This document shows, piece by piece, positions 48,802 through 56,937 of a DNA stretch of 64,000 nucleotides. Position 1 is the first letter of the stretch; each line of letters starts with the position of its first letter. Both the position numbers and the translations under genes were made by a program. Location: positions 1,270 through 65,269 of the forward strand of contig JAOIVE010000001.1 in NCBI GenBank assembly GCA_028223895.1. Reading direction: 5' to 3'. Origin of the DNA: Rickettsiales bacterium. Lineage in GTDB: Bacteria > Pseudomonadota > Alphaproteobacteria > Rickettsiales > UBA6187. A model generated the notes under the pieces. That model had not been told where the DNA came from, did not search any database, and was given only the letters and a program-made list of their open reading frames with translations.

Positions 48802-50021
48802 CGCTTCGCCGCCACCTGCGCGAACGATTTCTTTTCACCGGCCAGCGTTGCGTTGTTGCCGGTGAACTCTTCCCACCGTTTCACAATCACATCACAGTAA
48901 ATCGGATCAAGTTCAATCAGCCGTGCTTGCCGTTTCAATTTCTCGCAAGCGATTAAGGTTGAACCTGAACCACCAAAGGAATCCAGCACAATATCACGAG
49001 TCTTGCTGGAATTCTCAATCGCACGGCACACCAGCTCAACAGGTTTCATGGTGGGGTGCAGGTCGTTAACATTGGGTTTGTTATAATTCCAGATATCACT
49101 CTGGCTGCGATCACCACACCAGTAATGCTTGCTGCCTTCAGGCCAGCCATAGAGGATAGGCTCATACTGCCGTTGATAATCGGCACGCCCCATGGTAAAA
49201 GTATTCTTCGCCCAGATGATAAACGTTGACCAGTGCCCACCGGCTTCAAGGTAAGCCTTTTGCAGCGTGTGTAATTCGGAGGAGGACATGCAAATATACA
49301 TCGCACCCTTGCATACCTTTACCATGTTGGTGCAGGCGTCCAGCAGGAACTGATAAAACCCAGCACCGAGATTATCATTCTTGATCTTCCGTTTGTTACC
49401 ACGCACGCTATCTTTCATGCTCTGACCATAATCGACATTGTAAGGCGGATCGGTGAAAACCATGTCGGCCAGTTCGTCACCCATCAGCTTTTCTAGGGTT
49501 TTGGCTTTTGTGCTATCGCCGCAAATCAAACGATGATCGCCCAACAGCCAGATATCACCTTCCTTGGAAACGGCCACTTCGGGAGCTTCCGGTATGGCAT
49601 CTTCGTCGGTGAGACCGTCCATCCCCACATCGCCCAGCAGTTTTTCAAGCTCAACAGTATCAAAGCCTGTAAGATCGAGATCAAATCCCAGATCACCTAA
49701 TTCGCCCAGTTCAATCGCCAAGAGTTCTTCGTCCCATTCCGCATCTTCATGGGTGCGGTTGTCAGCCAGCCTGTACGCCTTTATCTGCGCTGGAGTTAGG
49801 CCGTCGGCAATATGCACGGGAACTTTCTTTAACCCCAGCGACTGCGCCGCCTGTAGGCGCGTGTGGCCTGCAATAATGACCATTTCCTCATCCACTACGA
49901 TGGGCTGGCGGAATCCATACTCCTTGATGGAAGCTGCCACCTTGGCGATTGCGTTTTCATTGTGGCGTGGATTCCGCGCATAGGGAATCACCCGACCGAT
50001 TTCGATCAGTTCTACTTTCAT
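48789..50021 (-). CDS. ParB-N domain + DNA amino-methyltransferase
   Basis: PYARNPR, GFRQPI, AGHTR; FTDPPY, HPTMKP, LDSFGGSGST. Confidence 0.93.
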   Translation of the reverse strand: MKVELIEIGRVIPYARNPRHNENAIAKVAASIKEYGFRQPIVVDEEMVIIAGHTRLQAAQSLGLKKVPVHIADGLTPAQIKAYRLADNRTHEDAEWDEELLAIELGELGDLGFDLDLTGFDTVELEKLLGDVGMDGLTDEDAIPEAPEVAVSKEGDIWLLGDHRLICGDSTKAKTLEKLMGDELADMVFTDPPYNVDYGQSMKDSVRGNKRKIKNDNLGAGFYQFLLDACTNMVKVCKGAMYICMSSSELHTLQKAYLEAGGHWSTFIIWAKNTFTMGRADYQRQYEPILYGWPEGSKHYWCGDRSQSDIWNYNKPNVNDLHPTMKPVELVCRAIENSSKTRDIVLDSFGGSGSTLIACEKLKRQARLIELDPIYCDVIVKRWEEFTGNNATLAGEKKSFAQVAAKRQEA

Positions 50022-50064
50022 GTTGGTTCCTGTATGTTGATTAATTCTGTGCATCCGCCATTGC

Positions 50065-50230
50065 AAACGAAATGGCTCAAATACCCCATTTCGTTTGGAA
50101 ACGACCTAAGTATTTGTTTTATAGAGATTCATGCGCCGCCCAAACGAAACGAAATGCAAAGTTTTGTTTTATGCCTAGCCAAAAGCCGCGCCCTCGGCGT
50201 ACCCGTAGGGGCAACCCCACGGGAGTACCT
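50065..50230 (-). other. Putative cos packaging site (cosQ/cosN/cosB-like)
   Basis: Minus strand AGGTACT...TACG-GGTACGCCGAGGG-CGCGG, then three CATTTCGTTT repeats and an IHF-like site. Confidence 0.6.
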
Positions 50231-50260
50231 TTTTGAATCGGGCTGATTAGGTGCGGTGTG

Positions 50261-50845
50261 TTAGCGGCTTTTGAGTCGCTTGAGATAGAAGGCAAGGTTG
50301 CGCGCAAACTCAATGGGGAAGCGTTCCCGTATCGTTGTTTGCATCACCTGATCGTTCTCACGCTGCCGGAACAACTGCATGATGCCAGGACCATACAACA
50401 TCTTAAGCGGCTTACGCTTAGGGCCTTTGCGAATGTAAACCGTGGTCTTGCTTGACCCGCTGCGGCGCGGAGCGATGAAAGCTTTGCTGTAGGTGCGTGT
50501 CTTGCCATAGACCTTTGCTTTGACCAACCCACGCTTGCCACCCTTTTGCTGAGTGGGTTTCTTGCTGCCCACCACAAACTCAATGAGCTGTAACGCACGG
50601 TCACGCGCCACCAACGTTGCCCACAAACGTTTGAAGGTTGCTTTCTGTGTTTCAATGCGCCGCTTTACACCAGCCTGCCTGCTGTTCATTTGTGGTGCTA
50701 TGTGTCTGGCACTTGCCACTTTGGCACTCTCTGCCACACGATTAAGCGTCCGCACAGTTGCCTGCGGTGCCACCTGTTTTTCAAGCGTGCTTAAACTCCG
50801 CCTCAATTTCTTGAGATCGTGCTGTACTGTGATGTCAAATGCCAT
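50261..50845 (-). CDS. Minor tail protein Z-like
   Basis: Basic 194 aa; RTLNRVA, AFIA, LYGPGI. Confidence 0.75.
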   Translation of the reverse strand: MAFDITVQHDLKKLRRSLSTLEKQVAPQATVRTLNRVAESAKVASARHIAPQMNSRQAGVKRRIETQKATFKRLWATLVARDRALQLIEFVVGSKKPTQQKGGKRGLVKAKVYGKTRTYSKAFIAPRRSGSSKTTVYIRKGPKRKPLKMLYGPGIMQLFRQRENDQVMQTTIRERFPIEFARNLAFYLKRLKSR

Positions 50846-51073
50846 GGTAAAAATCCTAAAATGCTAGGCTGCAAGCCGTTGTTCACGCGCTCTGAATATG
50901 ATTGACCAGTCCTGCAAAAGGTCTATTAATTGGTTCGAATTATTTCGGACGATGTCCACCACGCTTCGCCCTTCGGGCTATGCGTGGCGCAGCCACGTGT
51001 AGAACGTTAGGCCGAAGCAGTGCCCGGCGTAGTTAGAGCAAATCGGAAACGTAGACGGGCTGGAGCAAATACA

Positions 51074-51316
51074 ATGTGGTATGTTTACATAATCAGAAGC
51101 ATTAATCACCCAGAGCAAGAATACACTGGCGCTAGCCAAGACCTCAAACAACGCATCAAAGAGCATAACTCCGGCAAATCAACCCACACAGCTAAGTTTG
51201 CACCTTGGGAATTAGTGTGGTATTGTGCCTTTCCAGATAAATACAAAGCCCTTGAATTTGAGAAATATTTGAAGTCGCATTCTGGTAGGGCCTTTGCAAA
51301 AAAGAGACTCTGCTAG
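51074..51316 (+). CDS. Small GIY-YIG nuclease-family protein
   Basis: MWYVYII...YTG..DLKQRIKEHNSG...FEKYLKSHSGRAF. Confidence 0.9.
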   Translation: MWYVYIIRSINHPEQEYTGASQDLKQRIKEHNSGKSTHTAKFAPWELVWYCAFPDKYKALEFEKYLKSHSGRAFAKKRLC

Positions 51317-51389
51317 CCGTTTAATGAGTTGATATTTGCCTTGTAAATCCTATAGTTGAGGAGTTCGACTCGGGTTTGGTATAAATAAA

Positions 51390-52196
51390 ATGGTTTTTTT
51401 GCAGCATAGCATTATAAGGCACACTACTATTGAAAAAATGCTGAAATATGCTGTTCAGTTGAATGCTCTCTTTATCCCTGCAAACTCGGTACAAAGTTCA
51501 CTATCACGTTATACTCATCCTCCTGTTATCCATAATCACAATGAAGAAATTTATACATGTAGCTTAAGAGGATCATCTATAGGCATATATTACCGAAAGC
51601 GATACCTACTTTTATGTACACGTCACCAGCTAAACGGATGCGATTATAAGGACGTAGGATTAATCGATAAAGATGGAGATAGCCTACATACCTCTGCTGG
51701 AAGTTGGCATTACCCCCCTAGTGTAAATGAAACTGATTTGAATGATTTAATTGTATTTGATTTCACTGCGCCATGTAACTATAGTCCATATATGAAGGAG
51801 TGGTTTTTCTCTCTTGAATGTTTTCCACCCAATTCACCGTCAAATGGGATAATTGCTTTTATTATTTCTGGATATCCTTCTCAAGAACAAAAGTATAACT
51901 TAGGAGAAGAAGAAAAACATTTAGGATTCCGAAGAGAATCAATTACCTGTTTATTAGGATCCTACGATGATCAAGTAAAAGGAGATCCTTCTATCTTATG
52001 TCTATCGTATGATCATAATTCTGATTTTAATCCAGATGGTATGAGTGGTGGCGCTGCCTTTGTTATACAGTTAGTAAATGGCAAACCACGTGCATATCTA
52101 GCCGGTATGGTAGTTCGAGCTGGAAATGGTAAATTCTATATACTGAGAATAGGTTTTATACAGAAGTTTATTGATCAATATTTAGATCGTCTTTAG
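51390..52196 (+). CDS. Trypsin-like serine protease moron
   Basis: LLCTRHQ (His), NDLIVF (Asp), DGMSGG (Ser); AT-rich. Confidence 0.6.
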   Translation: MVFLQHSIIRHTTIEKMLKYAVQLNALFIPANSVQSSLSRYTHPPVIHNHNEEIYTCSLRGSSIGIYYRKRYLLLCTRHQLNGCDYKDVGLIDKDGDSLHTSAGSWHYPPSVNETDLNDLIVFDFTAPCNYSPYMKEWFFSLECFPPNSPSNGIIAFIISGYPSQEQKYNLGEEEKHLGFRRESITCLLGSYDDQVKGDPSILCLSYDHNSDFNPDGMSGGAAFVIQLVNGKPRAYLAGMVVRAGNGKFYILRIGFIQKFIDQYLDRL

Positions 52197-52213
52197 TTGT
52201 TCCTCGTGTAAAA

Positions 52214-52414
52214 CTAAACTCCTTTCTCCAACACCACCCGCGCCATCAACTCAATCGTATTCACCAACTCTACCTTCTGCTCTTCCGTGAGATCAAAATT
52301 ATCAATATGAGGTCGATACGGCGCGAGAGGGTCATTTTCGCCCACCTCTGCCGATGATATTAATGAAGGTACGATTTTTTGTTCATCCTGTTTAGTCTTT
52401 TTTTGTTCGAACAC
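52214..52414 (-). CDS. Hypothetical small protein
   Basis: GTG start after GGAGG; YRPHIDNFDLTEEQKVEL. Confidence 0.45.
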   Translation of the reverse strand: MFEQKKTKQDEQKIVPSLISSAEVGENDPLAPYRPHIDNFDLTEEQKVELVNTIELMARVVLEKGV

Positions 52415-52415
52415 T

Positions 52416-52646
52416 TTAACGCCCTCCCAGATTCGAATTCAGGCGTGTAACGATTTTAAGCAGCGCATACGTCCACATCTGCCATGCTTTGGTACGACCA
52501 CAGCCAAGCCGCCAGCAAATTGGCTTCCATGGAATTCGGGCGGCACGGAGCCAGACCAGCCTGCGTTCTTCCTCATCATCGAGCCAGAAAATCCAATGCA
52601 GCGTTTTTTCCATCCGGCTGATTGCGTCTGGCGTAGGTGGCCCCAT
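52416..52646 (-). pseudogene. C-terminal half of a phage DUF6362-like regulator
   Basis: PPTPDAISRMEKTLHW..WL..EERRLVWLRA..IPWKPIC; the N-terminus is replaced by phaC sequence. Confidence 0.75.
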
Positions 52647-53393
52647 GCCGCAGCGATAGCCAATAACTTACCACCCAAACAATATCCTACAGCATGTATC
52701 TTTTTGTCAGGCACGACATCCTGCGCCGCATCAATTGCTTCGAATAACCCGCGCTTGAGATAATCATTTAAACCAACATTCCGATATTCGGCGGTGGGGT
52801 TTTTCCACGAAATCATAAATACCGTATGCCCCTTGATCCACGAGATATTTCACTAGAGAATTATGGTCAGATAAATCAAGAATGTAATATTTCATAATCC
52901 ATGCCGGAACGATAAATACCGGCTCGGCATAAACATTATTAGTAATGGGTTTGTATTGAATCACCTCCAGCAACTCATTGCGGAAGATGATTTTTCCTTT
53001 TGTAATGGCAAGATTTTTTCCGACCTCGAATTGTTCTAAACCCACTGGCTTTTCATCATTTACCAAGCAAGACATATCCTCCAACAGGTTCATCCAACCG
53101 GTGACGAGGTTTATGCCCTTTTGCTCTTGCGTTGCCTTCGTCAGTAATGGATTGGTGGGCACGAAATTGGAAGGGGCGATGGCATCGATCATCTGGCGAA
53201 TGGTAAAGGATACGAGGTCAAGACTATGCGGATTCACCCCGCGCACATGGCTCGTCGTCTGCTTCCACCAATCCCGATAAAGTAGAAATGATTGCTGGTA
53301 GACATTATAGGGAAATTGGCACAAGCCCTCTGCCTTGAACCGACGATCTGTTGGGTCGGGATTCACCGGGCATGCTGGATTATCTTGTATCAT
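52647..53393 (-). pseudogene. phaC: Truncated, frameshifted PHA synthase
   Basis: DRRF, PSNFVPTNP, VPAWIMKYYILDL, +1 frameshift in C4 at 52829-52832, MISWKNP, GYCLGG, then an abrupt end. Confidence 0.9.
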
Positions 53394-53446
53394 GGTGTTT
53401 GTTGATTTCTATAACTTTTGGCATGTGGTTTATTCCGTTTCATTAA

Positions 53447-53758
53447 CTATTCTTTTCTTTTTCGTGCGATTTCCTCACTGGCTATTTTCTTATCATCCAG
53501 GGCTTTTGCAGAGTCTACACTTCTTTGGTAGTGCAAAGAAACATTATCTATGAATTCCTTTGTAGTCCCGCCTTGACAATCAGATGATAGCTTTTCAAGT
53601 AGCTCCTCAAGTAGCTCCTCAAGAGCCATATCTATGCTGACCGCCTCAATAAGCAAACCTTTTAGGCGGCTGTGCAACTCTTCGGGGTCAGCAAAATTTT
53701 CTACTGCTTGGGTATACCCCTTGATTATCGTATCAAACCGGCTGTTTTTTTTTGACAT
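53447..53758 (-). CDS. Hypothetical protein (module gene A, copy 2)
   Basis: Paralog of 18080-18397. Confidence 0.8.
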   Translation of the reverse strand: MSKKNSRFDTIIKGYTQAVENFADPEELHSRLKGLLIEAVSIDMALEELLEELLEKLSSDCQGGTTKEFIDNVSLHYQRSVDSAKALDDKKIASEEIARKRKE

Positions 53759-53816
53759 TTGAACCCCCTGCGACTGGATTATCTATAATTTTTAACAAAA
53801 AATAAAATATGCTATC

Positions 53817-53830
53817 TTGATACCTGTCAA
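53817..53830. promoter_or_regulatory. FNR/FixK-type box TTGATACCTGTCAA
   Basis: Equivalent to the box at 18458. Confidence 0.85.
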
Positions 53831-53915
53831 ATCATGAGAAAATAATGTTCTTTATATTTCAGTGCACAGGAGATATTGGGTTTCCGGTAATAACCGATTT
53901 TTAAGGATAACGATC

Positions 53916-54107
53916 ATGATATTATTTAAAAAAGAATCATCTTTCGGACATAAACAAGGACAAGGAAGCAAAAAACAGGAGCAACCCTCTAAAAGTGCCC
54001 AGTCGCACAAAAACAAGGACGCTTCCTGTGATACTAAACCTAATAAGGGCCACAAAAGCGGATCATCTTGTGGAACTTCTCCTAAAAAAGGTGACACCTG
54101 CAATTAA
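53916..54107 (+). CDS. 63-aa Lys-rich peptide ending SCGTSPKKGDTCN (copy 2)
   Basis: AAGGA RBS; paralog of 18557-18730; hairpin at about 54117-54152. Confidence 0.8.
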   Translation: MILFKKESSFGHKQGQGSKKQEQPSKSAQSHKNKDASCDTKPNKGHKSGSSCGTSPKKGDTCN

Positions 54108-54167
54108 AATGGTAAGCGCATACCTTCCTGTGTATAACAGGGAGGTGTGTGTTTAGGTCGATGAATT

Positions 54168-54323
54168 ATGGAAAGTGATCATATAATGGACGATGAGGTC
54201 GAAAATGGTAATCAGCTCCTGGTAAATATGCCTGATATTGAGAATTATATTATTGAGTATACGCCTAGAAAAAGCTCCACCATGGTTAATTTCTTCCACG
54301 CAGGCTTAACAAATGTTGAGTAG
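54168..54323 (+). CDS. Unannotated 51-aa micropeptide (MPDIE family, copy 2)
   Basis: MESDHIMDDEVENGNQLLVNMPDIENYIIEYTPRKSSTMVNF...; similar to 6936-7058. Confidence 0.65.
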   Translation: MESDHIMDDEVENGNQLLVNMPDIENYIIEYTPRKSSTMVNFFHAGLTNVE

Positions 54324-54369
54324 TATAAATTTTTGAATTTCCCTTACAACGGTTAGTGGCAAATCCTCA

Positions 54370-54528
54370 TTAATCCGTTGCCAAATTGCAGCAATATTCC
54401 TCTTTCTTGTTGAGTTTTTTTGAATTATCAATGTGTTTTTCAACTATCTTTAAGCTAGATTCCTTTGGAAGATTTTGCTGTATTTCCTTTATATCAGATT
54501 TCTCGATTATCCTATTGACAACACGCAT
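54370..54528 (-). CDS. Unannotated 52-aa peptide ending CCNLATD (copy 2)
   Basis: AAAGGTGAG RBS; MRVVNRIIEKSDIKE...KKEEYCCNLATD; divergent from Crp/Fnr copy 2. Confidence 0.75.
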   Translation of the reverse strand: MRVVNRIIEKSDIKEIQQNLPKESSLKIVEKHIDNSKKLNKKEEYCCNLATD

Positions 54529-54600
54529 TATTTTTTCTCACCTTTAAGTTGTAAAGAAGTTGCTTTGATATATGCTTATAATCAAAAACCCGGTAAAACC

Positions 54601-54614
54601 TTGATGGGTATCAA
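54601..54614. promoter_or_regulatory. FNR/FixK-type box TTGATGGGTATCAA just upstream of the regulator
   Basis: 14 bp before ATG 54629. Confidence 0.85.
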
Positions 54615-54628
54615 GTGAGACAAATAAG

Positions 54629-55426
54629 ATGGAAAAACTACTTGAAAAATCGGCATCACAAGGGGTGTTACACAAATTTATGCAAAGTAAAGAAGCTTAT
54701 AGAAGTTTTCTAAAACGAATGCCTTTATTTTGTGAGTTTTCTGAAACGTGCTTAAGTGAAGTTCTGGCCAATAGCCGCATTAAACACCATAAAAAAGGCG
54801 ACATCCTTTTCATGACTGGTGATAATGCTCAAAACTTTCGTATTATTGTCAATGGCTGGATAAAACTTTACCGAGAAACACGTGATGGGCATGAAGCAGT
54901 TGTTTCTGTTCTTACAAATAACGAGGTTTTTGGTAAAACCGCTATTTTGAGTAAAGGAACCTACGCCTATACGGCTGAAGCAATAACAGATACGGAGATG
55001 TTGATGATTCCTGCTGCGTTTATGTTAAAAATGGCCGAACATAAAGATGATTATGATCATTTTCTGGCAAAATTCCTTGAAGAGGAGCTAAATGACAGCA
55101 ATCAGCTTGGTTTGCATGCGGAGCACCTGGGGCAAATGACCTCAGCCGAAAGAGTCGGCTGCTTTCTTCTACGCTTATGTAGTATACAGAAAGAAGGAAG
55201 CATTACGTTTCAACTTCCATATGAAAAAGCTCTGGTTGCCGGGAAGCTGGGTATGACAGCAGAAACTTTTTCACGGTCGTTAAACCAATTGATCACTCGT
55301 GGGGTAGAAACAAAAAACTCCGTTGTCACCATTCATAATATAGAGCAACTGCGTACCCATATTTGTGAACACTGCTCCGCTACAACTCTTGAATGTCCAC
55401 TTGGTGCAGAAACAGAGACCATTTAA
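54629..55426 (+). CDS. Crp/Fnr-family regulator with C-terminal CxxC-x6-C, copy 2
   Basis: LGMTAETFSRSL HTH; CEHCSATTLEC. Confidence 0.92.
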   Translation: MEKLLEKSASQGVLHKFMQSKEAYRSFLKRMPLFCEFSETCLSEVLANSRIKHHKKGDILFMTGDNAQNFRIIVNGWIKLYRETRDGHEAVVSVLTNNEVFGKTAILSKGTYAYTAEAITDTEMLMIPAAFMLKMAEHKDDYDHFLAKFLEEELNDSNQLGLHAEHLGQMTSAERVGCFLLRLCSIQKEGSITFQLPYEKALVAGKLGMTAETFSRSLNQLITRGVETKNSVVTIHNIEQLRTHICEHCSATTLECPLGAETETI

Positions 55427-55803
55427 AATCCAAGCCTGCTTTTTAACCATTCAAGATCAAGTTTTTCAGGGTGTGCAATATATTCTTCGGGGTGTTTCAC
55501 TACTTGTTCAATATAACCCAGATTCACCCTCCATGCTTTTTTAACATCCGCCGGTTTGCCGTCCTGCACCAATTTGTTATTCTTGAATTTTAATGAAAAA
55601 GCACCTTTTGGTTTTTCATCATAAATGGCAAGATCAATTGGGCGATTTCCCATCATCGTTTCAGTGACGGATAAAATTTCTTTATAGGGAAATTCATCCT
55701 TATGCCGCTCAATAGCCTTGTTACAAATAGCCAGATAGAGTTCAAAAAGATTTTCTATGTCTTTTTGATCGTTCCCATTTTCTATTTTAATGCGTTTTTC
55801 CAT
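55423..55803 (-). CDS. Hypothetical 126-aa protein, copy 2
   Basis: Paralog of 20153-20533. Confidence 0.85.
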   Translation of the reverse strand: MEKRIKIENGNDQKDIENLFELYLAICNKAIERHKDEFPYKEILSVTETMMGNRPIDLAIYDEKPKGAFSLKFKNNKLVQDGKPADVKKAWRVNLGYIEQVVKHPEEYIAHPEKLDLEWLKSRLGF

Positions 55804-55814
55804 TATATTTCTCC

Positions 55815-56264
55815 TTACACATGCACAATTTTATTCAAATGCTCTTGAATCTGCTCAGGTGTAAGCTCCATCAAGTCCTTATCCAATTCCAGGGCGATTA
55901 TATCCTTAACTTCCTTACTCAGCGCTTTACGCAAAAATCCCAGCACTTTTGGCGGTGCGGCCACTACAAGTCGATTATATTCTTTTTCTTCAAGCGCCTT
56001 ATCCAGATGATCGGCTACTTCATGCATGAATGCCTTGCGTGACAAAGTCCGGTCACTTGTATGCGGTTCAATAATGTGTCTGGCTCCTCCGACGCTATCA
56101 TATGTTCTTCCCAATTCACGCCGCCCTGTAGGTTCATCGGTACGGATCAGTTTTGCCGTAAGAGTATGGTTTAGTTCTCCCAAGTGATGATCTTCATTCC
56201 TTGTATAAAAACGGGCATGTTTGCTATCAATTACAGCTATCCATGTTATTATTTTGCGTGTCAT
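55815..56264 (-). CDS. Host-attachment / baeRF12 family protein, copy 2
   Basis: GRTYDSVGGARH, LVVAAPPKVLGFLR, ELDKDL. Confidence 0.85.
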   Translation of the reverse strand: MTRKIITWIAVIDSKHARFYTRNEDHHLGELNHTLTAKLIRTDEPTGRRELGRTYDSVGGARHIIEPHTSDRTLSRKAFMHEVADHLDKALEEKEYNRLVVAAPPKVLGFLRKALSKEVKDIIALELDKDLMELTPEQIQEHLNKIVHV

Positions 56265-56278
56265 ATGTTTTCCAATAA

Positions 56279-56584
56279 CTATATCGGCGCAGCGTCGGTA
56301 AAACTATTACGCTGGTGTTTAATGCAGCGTCCGATAGTGAGTGTTCCGTTCTGGACAGTAAGCATTACGGCATCACTTCCATTGTGTGGGAATTCAAATG
56401 ACATACGCACAGCTCCACCACGTTGTAATAGTTTACTATGTTGCTCTAATATGGTAGCGCTGAGTTCATGGCAGAGCGTTTTAAAATGCTCTGCCTCTTC
56501 ATCCGATAATGCGTCTGCTTTTAAAGCAGGAGAAACCTCAGATAATTTCTCCCACTTTAATGCCGTGGATTGTTGGTATGCCAT
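56279..56584 (-). CDS. Hypothetical protein
   Basis: GGAGGT RBS; lies within the operon. Confidence 0.7.
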   Translation of the reverse strand: MAYQQSTALKWEKLSEVSPALKADALSDEEAEHFKTLCHELSATILEQHSKLLQRGGAVRMSFEFPHNGSDAVMLTVQNGTLTIGRCIKHQRNSFTDAAPI

Positions 56585-56593
56585 GATTACCTC

Positions 56594-56926
56594 CTATGCT
56601 GCCTTGCTATGATCGCCAGTAAACCAATCTTCAACACCGCCTTCATAGGCATACACATTGGCAAAACCGGCCTTTTCCAGTTTTTTAGCTGCCTTGATAG
56701 AGGCATCACATTTAGACCCGGCGCAATACACCACTACTTTACGTTTTTTTGAGCCAACAGTTTTTTCCACAGTTTCCTCAAAATTACCTTGATCATGAGG
56801 AATATTAATAGAAGTCTCTATATGCTTTTTATTAAAATATTCCTGTGAAAGTACATTAATAAGCACAAAATCCTCATGCTTCTTATCATGCATTTGCTTG
56901 ATTTCTTTTTTAGTGATCGTTTTCAT
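56594..56926 (-). CDS. Rhodanese-like protein
   Basis: HIETSINIP, VVVYCAGSKC, YEGGVEDW; ends -KAA. Confidence 0.9.
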   Translation of the reverse strand: MKTITKKEIKQMHDKKHEDFVLINVLSQEYFNKKHIETSINIPHDQGNFEETVEKTVGSKKRKVVVYCAGSKCDASIKAAKKLEKAGFANVYAYEGGVEDWFTGDHSKAA

Positions 56927-56937
56927 TTTTATTCTCC

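Larger units (their letters stand above)
23757..52646 (-). mobile_element. Prophage structural/lysis region (lambda-like head, GTA-like baseplate)
   Basis: Contiguous minus-strand packaging-head-tail-lysis genes, visibly GC-richer than the flanks; no integrase or replication gene inside this span. Confidence 0.92.

Noticed and set aside
50880-50961. tRNA-like fragments (CTGCAAA loop, GGTTCGAAT, CCACCA)
   Set aside because: Anticodon and T stems do not pair and the T-loop-to-CCA spacing is too long; at most a decayed remnant
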